The translations under genes were made by a program, and so were the position numbers. Below the pieces are notes generated by a model. That model had not been told where the DNA came from. It saw only the letters and a list, made by a program, of their open reading frames with translations, and ran no database searches. This document shows, piece after piece, positions 7,786-16,820 of a DNA stretch of 38,553 bases. The stretch is taken from the NCBI GenBank assembly GCA_043826455.1, contig JBDRQD010000047.1:1-38553 (forward strand), given 5' to 3'. Every line of letters begins with the position of its first letter. Within the stretch, counting starts at the first letter, position 1. Source of the DNA: Candidatus Bathyarchaeota archaeon. GTDB taxonomy: Archaea > Thermoproteota > Bathyarchaeia > TCS64.

Positions 7786-9452
7786 AAGTAGACTTCACCA
7801 CCGTCGAGGTCATCAAAGGGGCCCTCATCTACGCGGCAGAGGAGATGGGCATAGCCCTCAAGAAGTCGGCGTACAGCCCCAACATCAAGGAGCGGATGGA
7901 CCACAGCTGCGCCCTCTTCAACCACCGAAAGGAGCTCATAGCACAGGCCGAGCACATCCCCGTGCACCTGGGCAGCATGGCCATCGCCGTCAAGGTGGGC
8001 CTGGAGACCTACAGGGGAGAGCTTGGACCCGGCGACATGCTGCTCCTCAACGACCCCTACATCAGCGGCACCCACCTCCCCGACCTCACCCTCATAGCCC
8101 CCATTTTCCACGGCGACAGCATCATCGGGTACGCGGCCAACAAGGCCCACCACACCGACGTGGGAGGCAAGGCCCCGGGGAGCCTGGCCGCCGACGCCAC
8201 GGAGCTGTACCAGGAGGGCCTGATTATTCCCCCTGTCAAGCTCATAGAGGGGGGCCGTATGAACAGGGAGCTGGCGAACATCATCAGGAGCAACGTGCGG
8301 ACCCCTGAGGTCCAGATGGGAGACATCAGGGCCCAGGTGGCCGCCAACAACACGGGTATCAGGCGCTTCCATGAGCTTGTGGACCTGTACGGCGTGGAGA
8401 CGCTGCACGCGTCCATGGACAGCGTCATGGATCAGAGCGAGCGCAGGATGCGGCAGGAGCTGTCAATGATGTCTGATGGCGTCTACTCGGCGGTGGACTA
8501 CATGGAGGACATCCTGCCCGGGGGCGGGGACGTCCAGATAGCCGTCACCATAACCAAGAAAGGCGACGCCGTGGCCTTCGACTACGCGGGCACCAGCCCC
8601 CAGGTGGAGCGCCCCGTCAATGCGCCCCTGGGTGTCACCGTGGCCGGCATCTACTTCACGCTAATCAGCGTCACGGACCCCACCATCCCGGTGAACGACG
8701 GCTGCTTCAGGCCAGTCACCCTCAGCGTACCGGAGGGCTGCATGATGAACCCCAGGAGGCCGGCGCCTGTGGCTGGAGGCAACGTGGAGACCAGCCAGCG
8801 GAACGCGGACGCCATATTGAAGGCCTTCAGCCAGATCGTCCCGGACAGGGTGCCAGCCGCGGGCCAGGGCACCATGAACAACATTACCATAGGCGGCCAT
8901 CTGGAGGACGGCACGTCTTGGACCTTCTACGAGACCATCGGCGGGGGCAGCGGGGCACGGCCCAAGGGGGACGGCGTGGACGGCGTCCACGTGAACATGA
9001 CCAACACCATGAACACCCCCGTAGAAGCCCTAGAGAGCTACCTACCACTAAGGTTCAAGGCCTACAGGCTGAGGCCCGACAGCGGCGGCCCGGGCAGGTA
9101 CCGGGGCGGCTGCGGCATCGAGCGCACCTGGACCCTGACAAGCAGAAAGGCCACCCTCAGCGTCATGGCCGAGCGAAACAAGATAGGCCCCTGGGGCCTG
9201 CAAGGTGGTCACCCGGGGGTCCCCGGCGTCTACACGCTCATCAGGGCTGACGGGGAGACCGTGAAGTTGCCATCCAAGTGCACCGTGGAGATACGTGAGA
9301 GGGACACCCTGGTGATACTGACGCCCGGCGGAGGAGGCTACGGAGACCCCAGGATGAGGGACCCTGAGCTGGTGCGGAGGGACGTAGCCAACGGCCTCGT
9401 GTCAGCCGATTCAGCCTTGAAACACTACAGGGTCAAAGTGGCTGCTAGTTAA
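7782..9452 (+). CDS. hyuB: Hydantoinase B / 5-oxoprolinase subunit B
   Basis: SPNIKER.DHSCA, HIPVHLGS, NDPY.SGTHLPD, HHTDVGG, NTPVE and TPGGGGYG motifs; ATGA overlap at 7782-7785. Confidence 0.93.
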   Translation: MKVDFTTVEVIKGALIYAAEEMGIALKKSAYSPNIKERMDHSCALFNHRKELIAQAEHIPVHLGSMAIAVKVGLETYRGELGPGDMLLLNDPYISGTHLPDLTLIAPIFHGDSIIGYAANKAHHTDVGGKAPGSLAADATELYQEGLIIPPVKLIEGGRMNRELANIIRSNVRTPEVQMGDIRAQVAANNTGIRRFHELVDLYGVETLHASMDSVMDQSERRMRQELSMMSDGVYSAVDYMEDILPGGGDVQIAVTITKKGDAVAFDYAGTSPQVERPVNAPLGVTVAGIYFTLISVTDPTIPVNDGCFRPVTLSVPEGCMMNPRRPAPVAGGNVETSQRNADAILKAFSQIVPDRVPAAGQGTMNNITIGGHLEDGTSWTFYETIGGGSGARPKGDGVDGVHVNMTNTMNTPVEALESYLPLRFKAYRLRPDSGGPGRYRGGCGIERTWTLTSRKATLSVMAERNKIGPWGLQGGHPGVPGVYTLIRADGETVKLPSKCTVEIRERDTLVILTPGGGGYGDPRMRDPELVRRDVANGLVSADSALKHYRVKVAAS

Positions 9453-10644
9453 AGTAGCCTCTCATGGCTACCACCACGAGGGCGGCCACAAGGGTGAACC
9501 AGGCGCAGGTGTAGAACACCATATCTATGGAGTAGAAGGCTAGGACACCGCTCATGACGAACATGCCCAGAGTGCCCCCCAGGCTCATCACCATCCCCCA
9601 GACGCCGGTGGCCGTGCCCCTATCCTTGGGGGGCATGGCCTCCATGGTGGCAACCTGGCTCACCGGGAACACCAGGACCGCGCAGAGGCCTAATACGGCG
9701 TTCAGCACAGGCAACACCCAGTGGTAGGGGGTCAGCGGCATCACCGCGAAGGCCGCGACGCTCACAAGCAGCCCGGCGGCGATGGGGGTGAACCTGCCCA
9801 CCCTATCCGATAGGGGCCCAACTATGGGGAGGCTGACCGCTACCATCAACGCGTTAGCCGTCAACGTGATGCCGATGAGGAACTCGCTCATCCCCATCCT
9901 GGCGCCCAGCATGGGGATGAAGGTGATGAGGCCCCAGTGGCAGAAGGCGTGGGCGAACACAGAGACGGAGGCAACGAGAATCTTCCTATTGGACATCATA
10001 CGGGCCATAGTGGACGGGAACTCCCGGATCAGCTGCTTCAGCTGCTCCGCGGGCAGCCATGGACACGACCTGTCCCTGTCGTCCTCCGTGTACCTCCACG
10101 CGATCACAAGGCCTATGGAGGTTACGACGCCGGCGACCACGAAGAGCTGCCTGTAGCCAGGGAAGAAGCTCACCAGGAACCCGCCCACGCTGGGCCCGAT
10201 TACGCTGCTCACGGCCCAGCTCATATGGTACCTGCCCATGGCCTCCCCCGCCTTCTCAGGGGGGAACAGGCTGGACGCGTAGGCCTCGGAGGGCGGGAAG
10301 TAGATGCTTATGGCGAGGCCGCTGGCCATCATGGCCAGGACCGGGACCCACGGATTGGTGGCCACGCTGTACAGGAAGGGGACGACGGCGAAGAGGGCCA
10401 GGCCGAACAGCATGAGGTTCCTGCGTCCCAGGGTGTCGCTGAGGGTGCCCGCCACCAACCTTAGCAGGGTCTGTATGACGTTCCTGATGTTGTAGATGAG
10501 GGCGATGACGGCCGGCGAGACCCCGAGGCCCGCTATGAAGAGGGGCTGGAAGCTCTGGGGTATGGTGTCCCCGAACATAGCGAAGAAGGTGGCCAGGAAT
10601 ATGGCAGTGAATATCCTGTAGTTTTTTCTCTCCAATGGGCTCAC
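9445..10644 (-). CDS. MFS transporter (start probably GTG 10644; track extends to 10686)
   Basis: About 12 hydrophobic segments; motif A GTLSDTLGRR and GPLSDRVGR. Confidence 0.9.
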   Translation of the reverse strand: MSPLERKNYRIFTAIFLATFFAMFGDTIPQSFQPLFIAGLGVSPAVIALIYNIRNVIQTLLRLVAGTLSDTLGRRNLMLFGLALFAVVPFLYSVATNPWVPVLAMMASGLAISIYFPPSEAYASSLFPPEKAGEAMGRYHMSWAVSSVIGPSVGGFLVSFFPGYRQLFVVAGVVTSIGLVIAWRYTEDDRDRSCPWLPAEQLKQLIREFPSTMARMMSNRKILVASVSVFAHAFCHWGLITFIPMLGARMGMSEFLIGITLTANALMVAVSLPIVGPLSDRVGRFTPIAAGLLVSVAAFAVMPLTPYHWVLPVLNAVLGLCAVLVFPVSQVATMEAMPPKDRGTATGVWGMVMSLGGTLGMFVMSGVLAFYSIDMVFYTCAWFTLVAALVVVAMRGYFN

Positions 10645-10675
10645 CGGTACGCTGCATGAGACTAGGGTCGCCCGA

Positions 10676-10696
10676 TTTAAACCCAACCCATATAAA
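10676..10696. promoter_or_regulatory. Back-to-back TATA boxes of the divergent MFS and hypC genes
   Basis: TTTAAA 10676-10681 and TATAAA 10691-10696, about 25-32 bp from the respective start codons. Confidence 0.5.
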
Positions 10697-10720
10697 CAGC
10701 CCTGTCATGGATTCTTTGAC

Positions 10721-10966
10721 ATGTGTCTGGCTGTCCCGGGGCTTGTGGAGAGCGTCGAGGGCCGAACGGCGGTTGTTGACTTTGGCGGTATCAAGCGTGA
10801 GGCTGTCATCGACCTCATGGAGCCCGGGAGCGTCAAGCCAGGCGTCTACGTTCTGGTTCACACAGGGTTCGTCATCCAGATACTGGACAAACGGGAGGCC
10901 GAGGAGACCCTGGAGCTGTGGAGGGAGGTCCTGAGCCATGTGGAGGACCCCTACGGCCAGCTATAG
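10721..10966 (+). CDS. hypC: [NiFe]-hydrogenase maturation chaperone HypC/HupF
   Basis: N-terminal MCLAVPG, VDFGG and YVLVHTGF..Q.LD..EA motifs. Confidence 0.95.
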   Translation: MCLAVPGLVESVEGRTAVVDFGGIKREAVIDLMEPGSVKPGVYVLVHTGFVIQILDKREAEETLELWREVLSHVEDPYGQL

Positions 10967-11464
10967 TGCCCTGTCTCTTCTCAGTTGGTAGACATACCCG
11001 TCCAGCCACCGTCCGTCGAGCTCTACCGCCCTCTCCTTGTATGCGGTTCTGGTGAAACCGGCCTTCTCCAGGACCCTCCAGGACGCGGTGTTTCTAGGGT
11101 TAGCCTCAGCTGTCACTGTCTCGGTGCCTGTCTCGGCGAACAGGTGGCGCACAATGGTTCTCACGGCCTCCGTGCAGTACCCCCGGTTCCTGTGGGGCGG
11201 GGCCACCCTGTAGCCCACCTGAACCGTTTCACTGCCCTTCTCTGTGGCCACGAGCTGCCCTACCTTCTCGCCGCCCTTCCTCTGTATGATGAACCAGCGC
11301 TGGCTCGGCTTGGGTTTGGGCAGCCACTCGTGTAGCTCCTCCTCGGTGACAGGCTCGAAGGGCTCGAACTCGCCTACGTACTCGGGGTCGTTGTTCCACC
11401 TGAGGAGGAACTCCAGGTCGTCGAGGCCGAAGGGCTTCAGGTCCACCCTGTCACCGCGTAGCAT
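10961..11464 (-). CDS. GNAT N-acetyltransferase, RimJ/RimL family
   Basis: VGY.VAP.HRNRGYCTEAV and N.ASWRVLEKAGF motifs. Confidence 0.9.
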   Translation of the reverse strand: MLRGDRVDLKPFGLDDLEFLLRWNNDPEYVGEFEPFEPVTEEELHEWLPKPKPSQRWFIIQRKGGEKVGQLVATEKGSETVQVGYRVAPPHRNRGYCTEAVRTIVRHLFAETGTETVTAEANPRNTASWRVLEKAGFTRTAYKERAVELDGRWLDGYVYQLRRDRAL

Positions 11465-11538
11465 GGTCTTCCCTGGGCTCGTGGCGATATGGGTTTATCG
11501 CTAAACATAAATTAGCTGCGGCAGCCTGATCCTTCATC

Positions 11539-12063
11539 ATGGTAAACTACTGGCGCGACTTCCCCTCCGGGCCGGAGCCCCCCGAGATCATCTACATCGT
11601 CACAGAGCTCCACAGGAACAGCCGCAACAAGTACGAGTACGACGCCCGGATGGGGGTCTTCAAGCTCAACAGGGTCCTGTACACCTACTACCCCTGCGAC
11701 TACGGGTTCATCCCCCAGACCCTGGACGACGACGGCGACCCCCTGGACGCGGTGCTCCTGATAAACGAGCCCACCTTCACGGGCTGCGTCACCGTGGCCA
11801 GGCCCGTGGCCAACATAAAGATGATGGACGGCAAGGACGTGGACGACAAGATAGTGGCCGTGAGCACCACCGACCCCTTCTACAGGCACATCAAGGGCCT
11901 GGAGGACCTGCCCCGCAGCATGATCGACGAGCTCACCTACTTCTACAACAACTATAAGAGGGCGGAGGGGGTGGTCACCGAGGTGCTCAAGTGGGAGGAC
12001 GCTGAGGAGGCCAAGAAGATCATCACCTGGGCCCAGGACATGTACAAGAAAAATGAAGATTAA
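11539..12063 (+). CDS. ppa: Inorganic pyrophosphatase (family I)
   Basis: NKYEYD, YPCDYGFIPQTL.DDGDPLD and D..K.VDDKIVAV motifs. Confidence 0.95.
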   Translation: MVNYWRDFPSGPEPPEIIYIVTELHRNSRNKYEYDARMGVFKLNRVLYTYYPCDYGFIPQTLDDDGDPLDAVLLINEPTFTGCVTVARPVANIKMMDGKDVDDKIVAVSTTDPFYRHIKGLEDLPRSMIDELTYFYNNYKRAEGVVTEVLKWEDAEEAKKIITWAQDMYKKNED

Positions 12064-12144
12064 CTCGCCAATCTGAGAACTCTCTACCCGAAAAGGGAAT
12101 TAATGTTTTAACTTCATGTAATCAAGTAACGTGAGGGGCCTTGG

Positions 12145-12515
12145 TTGGGTAAACTCATCTACATTGTGGACGACGAGGAGGATATCCAGGCTCTCCTGAA
12201 GACCATTGCCGAGAATGAAGGGTTCACACCCGTTGTGTTCTCTAAGGGCGAGACGACCCTTTCGAAGATCAGGGACGAGCCCCCGACCTTGTCATCCTCG
12301 ACGCGGTGATGCCCGGCGTCCACGGCCTGGATGTCCTGAGGACCCTGAAGCTGAGTCGCTCCACAAGGCATATCCCCGTCCTCTTGTTGACGGCCTTGGG
12401 CACAGGTGTGGACATGATGTTGGAGAAGGGCGAGAAGGCTGATTGCTACATGATGAAGCCCTTCTCAGTCAAGGAGCTTGTGAGAAACATGAGGAGGCTT
12501 CTCCCTGAGGATTAA
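12145..12515 (+). pseudogene. Single-domain response regulator (receiver) split by a 1-bp frameshift in a C5 run at 12280-12284
   Basis: TTG 12145 gives MGKLIYIVDDEEDIQALL...IRDEP. Adding one C restores PDLVILDAVMPG...LLTA...MKPF in the frame of ORF 12306-12515. Confidence 0.8.
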
Positions 12516-12904
12516 GGTGGCTCATCTTTTTTCGGTTTATTCATGAACTGGTTGTCGACGGCCCGCAGGAGAGCCTCTGCGGTGAACGGCTTGGTCAGGT
12601 ATTCGTCTGCTCCGGCTTCCGCCGCGTACCTCCTGTCGACATCTCTTGACAGAGCTGTCAGCACGATTATCGGTATGTGCCTGGTGGACTCCTTTGACTT
12701 CAGCAGCCTGCATATCTCTAACCCGCTGAGGCCCTTCATCATGAGGTCGAGGATGATGAGGTCCGGTTTCGACGTGGGCATCTTGACCAGGGCCTCCTCC
12801 CCAGAGGAGGCTCGGGACACCTCAAAGCCGTTTGAGGTGAGTATCCTGTGGACTAGGTTCCGTATGTCCTCCTCGTCCTCTATCAAGAGTATCCTGTTCG
12901 TCAA
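12512..12904 (-). CDS. Single-domain response regulator (CheY-like receiver)
   Basis: ILLIEDE, PDLIILDLMM, VLTA and YLTKPF motifs. Confidence 0.93.
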   Translation of the reverse strand: MTNRILLIEDEEDIRNLVHRILTSNGFEVSRASSGEEALVKMPTSKPDLIILDLMMKGLSGLEICRLLKSKESTRHIPIIVLTALSRDVDRRYAAEAGADEYLTKPFTAEALLRAVDNQFMNKPKKDEPP

Positions 12905-13133
12905 CTGTCCACTCTTCTAGTTCACTTGTCATATTGATTCAATAACTTGAAGATATATGTAACGCCGCCCATAACACTAGACGTTACTGGGCACACCTAG
13001 GTTAGCCCTAAAGCTTGGCTGGGCCCTCTGAGCGTTCACTTATCCGTCGTTCTGTAATACCATTAAAATGAAGAACCTGGTGTCAAATATTCCAATAAAT
13101 GTTATAATGTTCAAGGCTAAGAATCATAGTGGG

Positions 13134-14426
13134 TTGCTTTCTCAACGCCTCGTGAGACTACTTAGGGGACATAATACGCCGTACCAGCTAATCGAGGGCC
13201 GGACAGACCTCTTCGAGCCTTCGCTGTACCCCTTCAAGAAGGACGAGGTTCCGGTCCTCTTCGACCACCCTGAGGTCAAGGGTCAAAGGGGCGACGGCTT
13301 CGCCAGCGGCGCGCGGTCCATATCGGTGCCCGTGGATGAAGGCAGGTGGCTTAAGTCGAAGGGGGTGGGCATCCACACGGGGGGCTCCAGGCCCAAGCTG
13401 AGAGGCGGAAGAGTATACACCTACTACCTATCGCAGGCCATGATTGGGGACGGCCAGCTCATCTGGGGGTTATCTTCCTTGAAGGAGACGGAGATGGAAG
13501 TCTCTAGGATGGTGGAGGCCCTTGAGCTGGGGCTGACGAAGGTTAAGCCCGTGGGGGTGGGCTACTTCGACGACGTCATGGTCCTAGACTACAAGGACAG
13601 GGCGGAGCTCTTCAAGATAGTCAAGGTCACGTCTGGGGAGGACCTGATGGGTATGTACGGGGCCCAGGGGAGGCCCATGAGGGCGGCCTGCGTCTTCGTG
13701 AGCCAGCCCACGGATGCGAGGGTGGACGAGGTCCTCTACGGGTTCCTCCACCCGATCCTGCCTCAGCTGGCGGAGGCCCAGGACCTAGTGGACTTCCTCA
13801 AGTGGGTGGGGTCCAGCTGCGGCTACAACCTGAGGACCCACCACGACGCAGGCCTCATCCACGGCACCATACCGAAGGGGGACGCCCACATGACCAACTC
13901 CCACACGGCCAACCACCTGATAGACGAGGAGGGGGTCTACATGACCGACTACCATATGACCTTCAGAAGCAAGGACAAGAGGCTGAGGCGGCTGGAGGCC
14001 TTCACCCTCACCAGCCAGATGAACCCCCTCCCCATGGCGAGGCGGGCAGCGGGCGAGGTCTACGGGGCGCACAGGCCCCTGCTCTACGATCTAGGCGCGG
14101 GGATGGCGTCACCCTTCTCGTACACGTCCATTGAGGGCAGGTGGTTCAAACCGGGGAACATCCAAGAGAGGTTCACGGAGGCGTTCCTGGACGGCGTCAT
14201 ATATGGGTACGACAAGCGGAAGAAATTCAGCGTTGAGGCCAAGCTGAGGCGAGACATCCTCTTGAAGGCCGCCGTCTGCAAACGGGACCTTCTGGTTCTC
14301 ACTGGGTTCCCCGTGAACATGCAGAGGGGAGCCAGGGAGGTCAACAGGAAGCTCGCTCACACCAAGTTCGGCGAGGAGGACCTGAGGGCGTCCCGGGAGA
14401 GGATCGATAGGGAGCTTGGGGAGTAG
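13134..14426 (+). CDS. Hypothetical protein with protein-kinase-like/SelO (YdiU)-like motifs; start probably TTG 13134 (track 13068)
   Basis: Long ORF with host-like codon bias; GQRGDG, LKSKGVG and GLIHGT...N.H..N...TDY; TATA-like TTATAAT near 13102. Confidence 0.75.
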   Translation: MLSQRLVRLLRGHNTPYQLIEGRTDLFEPSLYPFKKDEVPVLFDHPEVKGQRGDGFASGARSISVPVDEGRWLKSKGVGIHTGGSRPKLRGGRVYTYYLSQAMIGDGQLIWGLSSLKETEMEVSRMVEALELGLTKVKPVGVGYFDDVMVLDYKDRAELFKIVKVTSGEDLMGMYGAQGRPMRAACVFVSQPTDARVDEVLYGFLHPILPQLAEAQDLVDFLKWVGSSCGYNLRTHHDAGLIHGTIPKGDAHMTNSHTANHLIDEEGVYMTDYHMTFRSKDKRLRRLEAFTLTSQMNPLPMARRAAGEVYGAHRPLLYDLGAGMASPFSYTSIEGRWFKPGNIQERFTEAFLDGVIYGYDKRKKFSVEAKLRRDILLKAAVCKRDLLVLTGFPVNMQRGAREVNRKLAHTKFGEEDLRASRERIDRELGE

Positions 14427-14434
14427 ACGCAGCT

Positions 14435-15109
14435 TCACCTGACTGATTCTAGGAACCTGGTCACGTCGTCCAGTATCCTGGACGGCTTTGCTTTGTGTAG
14501 GTCGTGGCCTACGTCATCGTAATGCACCGTGTGGAGATTCATGATCAGGGCCTTGGCCTTGTTGAGGTCCGCGTCGGGTATGTGGCCCTCTTTCTTGGGG
14601 CTAGCCCGGAGGAGGAGGACGGGGCACCTGATCTTGGGCAGGAGCTCCTCAGTCTCGTAGCCCTTTGACATGTCCTCATAGATGGCTCGGAGGTAGTGGT
14701 AGCTTATCTGTTTCTGGAACTGGCTTTCCTTGAAGTTCATGGGGGAGTCGCCGATAATGAGGCCCCGGGTCTTCTCAGGGTGAGCGGCCGCGTACATTAT
14801 GGAGATGACGCCCCCCATGGAGTGGCCGAAGAGGACGGCGGGCTCAGCCACCAAGGCGTCCATGAAGCGCTCCAGGTCTTGGAAGTAGTCCCTGTACCGG
14901 TAGGCGCCCGGCTTCTTCTCCGATTTACCATGGCCTCTCAGGTCCAGGGCATAGATGTGCCAGCTCTGGGATAGAGGCGTGATGATGGGCTGGTAAGTCT
15001 GCCACTTGTCGGTGAAGCCGTGGATGAGGACCAGGGGTGGGCCGGTTGGGTCTCCCTCGGCGTAGTTGAGGGTCACCTCCCCGGTGTTGAAGGTTTTCTC
15101 TTGGAGCAT
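14435..15109 (-). CDS. Alpha/beta-fold hydrolase with short cap region
   Basis: LIHG, DLRGHGKS, nucleophile elbow GHSMGG and C-terminal GHDLH. Confidence 0.9.
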   Translation of the reverse strand: MLQEKTFNTGEVTLNYAEGDPTGPPLVLIHGFTDKWQTYQPIITPLSQSWHIYALDLRGHGKSEKKPGAYRYRDYFQDLERFMDALVAEPAVLFGHSMGGVISIMYAAAHPEKTRGLIIGDSPMNFKESQFQKQISYHYLRAIYEDMSKGYETEELLPKIRCPVLLLRASPKKEGHIPDADLNKAKALIMNLHTVHYDDVGHDLHKAKPSRILDDVTRFLESVR

Positions 15110-15221
15110 ATCATTGTTAGTCTAAGGGAATAGCATTTAACCGTTTATGAGTAAAGAACCCGCCATCTTTGTTACGTGGAACAAACCCCTGGAACCCCAG
15201 AGAACCAACCCAAAAATTGCT

Positions 15222-15243
15222 AATTCCCAGCCACTAGGAACAA
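15222..15243. repeat. Palindromic intergenic element, copy A (AATTCCCAGCCACTAGGAACAA)
   Basis: Identical 22-mer at 31524-31545; variant at 15284-15304. Confidence 0.85.
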
Positions 15244-15283
15244 ACCCATAAACCCTAAACCATAACACTCACAAATTAACTGG

Positions 15284-15304
15284 AATTACAAGCCACTTGT
15301 AACA
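15284..15304. repeat. Palindromic intergenic element, variant copy (AATTACAAGCCACTTGTAACA)
   Basis: Perfect TTACAAG-CCA-CTTGTAA; differs from copy A at four positions forming two base pairs. Confidence 0.75.
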
Positions 15305-15408
15305 CAAACTTCCAGAGTAAAAGATCAGAGAAAATTCGTCTGCTTAGCTCTTATAGCTGGGCTTGATCCGGACCATCCGCAGTAGATATGCGTTAGATGC
15401 TAGGAGAG

Positions 15409-16755
15409 CTAGAGGGGCCTCTGGAAAGCCCCGTAGCCCGGCTTACCCACAACGGCTCCGTCCTCGTACACCACCCCGCCCCGAACCAGGGTCAACACGG
15501 GCACACCTTTACCCTTCAAACCCTCGTAGGGCGTGATCTTCTGGATGGTGTGCAGGTCCTCACCCCGGATGTGGAAAGGCTTACCCATATCCACCACCAC
15601 CGCGTCCGCGTCGGCCCCCACCACCAGCCCCCCCTTACTGGGCCAAAGGCCGTTGATCACCGCAGGGTTCAGGCTGAACACCTCGACCAGCCTCTCAAGG
15701 CTTATCAGGTCCCGGTTCACGGCGTCCAGCATCAGCGGCAGCGTCGTCTCTATAACCACCCCACCGCTCGGAGCCTTGAAGATGTTATCCCAGCCCAGCT
15801 CCTTCTCCGCCTTAGTGTAAGGGGCGTGGTCGCTGGCCAGCACGTCGATGACGCCGCTGTTAAGCCCATCCCAGAGCCTCAGCTGATCATCCTTACCCCT
15901 CAGCGGGGGATCAACCTTAGCGTAGGGCCCTCTCTCCTCCATGGTCTCCCGGGTGAACAGCAGATAGTTGGTGCTGGTCTCCCCCGTCACATACTGGCCT
16001 CCGCCCTGAGCCCAATCCAGCACATCCACGGCCCCAGCCGTGCTCAAGTGGCACACGTGCAGATGGGCCCCCGTCTCGGCCGCGAACACCACGCACCTCT
16101 GGGTGGCCTCCACCTCCGCCACGGCAGGCCTGAAGTCGCAGTGAGCCAGCGGATCGGTGCGCCCGGACGCCTCGGCCTCCTTCATGTAGCTGTCCACGAT
16201 GTTCTGGTTCTCCGCGTGCACCAGCAGCGGCAGGTCCAGCTCCGCCAAGGTCCTCATGTGCCGGAGCAACGTGTAGTCGCTGGCCGCCAGCTCCCTGAAC
16301 CTGGCGATGAGGAAGCTCTTGAACCCCGTGGCCCCCGCGTCAGCCAACGCGATGATGTCCTCTGTGGGTATCTCGCCGGCCCCCCCGATGAAGGCGTAGT
16401 CCACCAGGCTCTTACGCCCAGCGATCCCCTTCTTCTCCTCGAAGGCCTCCGCCGTCACCGTCGCGGGCACCGTGTTAGGCATATCCACCACCGTGGTGAC
16501 GCCCCCGGCAGCCGCGGCCCTTGTCCCCGACTCAAAGTTCTCCCTCTCAGGGAACCCCGGGTCCCTGAGGTGAACATGCATATCGATCATCCCCGGCAGC
16601 ACGAACCTGCCCGAGGCGTCAATGACCCTGTCCGCCCTGGGCTCACCGGACCTCACGATCCCCACAATAATACCATCATCGATGACCAGGGACCCGTCCA
16701 CCACCCCCGAGGGCGTGACGAGCCTACCACCCTTAACGACAACGTCGACAGTCAA
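15409..16755 (-). CDS. Allantoinase/dihydroorotase/dihydropyrimidinase family cyclic amidohydrolase (start TTG 16755 or 16770)
   Basis: PGMIDMHVH.RDPG, AAAGGVTT..DMPNT, GFKSF, HAEN, HVCHLS, KVDPPLR and ASDHAP motifs. Confidence 0.9.
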   Translation of the reverse strand: MTVDVVVKGGRLVTPSGVVDGSLVIDDGIIVGIVRSGEPRADRVIDASGRFVLPGMIDMHVHLRDPGFPERENFESGTRAAAAGGVTTVVDMPNTVPATVTAEAFEEKKGIAGRKSLVDYAFIGGAGEIPTEDIIALADAGATGFKSFLIARFRELAASDYTLLRHMRTLAELDLPLLVHAENQNIVDSYMKEAEASGRTDPLAHCDFRPAVAEVEATQRCVVFAAETGAHLHVCHLSTAGAVDVLDWAQGGGQYVTGETSTNYLLFTRETMEERGPYAKVDPPLRGKDDQLRLWDGLNSGVIDVLASDHAPYTKAEKELGWDNIFKAPSGGVVIETTLPLMLDAVNRDLISLERLVEVFSLNPAVINGLWPSKGGLVVGADADAVVVDMGKPFHIRGEDLHTIQKITPYEGLKGKGVPVLTLVRGGVVYEDGAVVGKPGYGAFQRPL

Positions 16756-16802
16756 ACCAAGACCCAGCAATATGAGCGGGTAACGAAGTTAAAGACTTTC
16801 TC

Positions 16803-16820
16803 AAAAACAGAAAAAGGGGG
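16803..16820 (-). terminator. Putative oligo-U archaeal terminator after the glmL-partner gene
   Basis: Minus strand CCCCCTTTTTCTGTTTTT directly after the stop at 16821. Confidence 0.45.

Noticed and set aside
15160..15340. CRISPR array
   Set aside because: Only 2-3 degenerate units, low-complexity spacers and no cas genes; kept only as a repeat observation.
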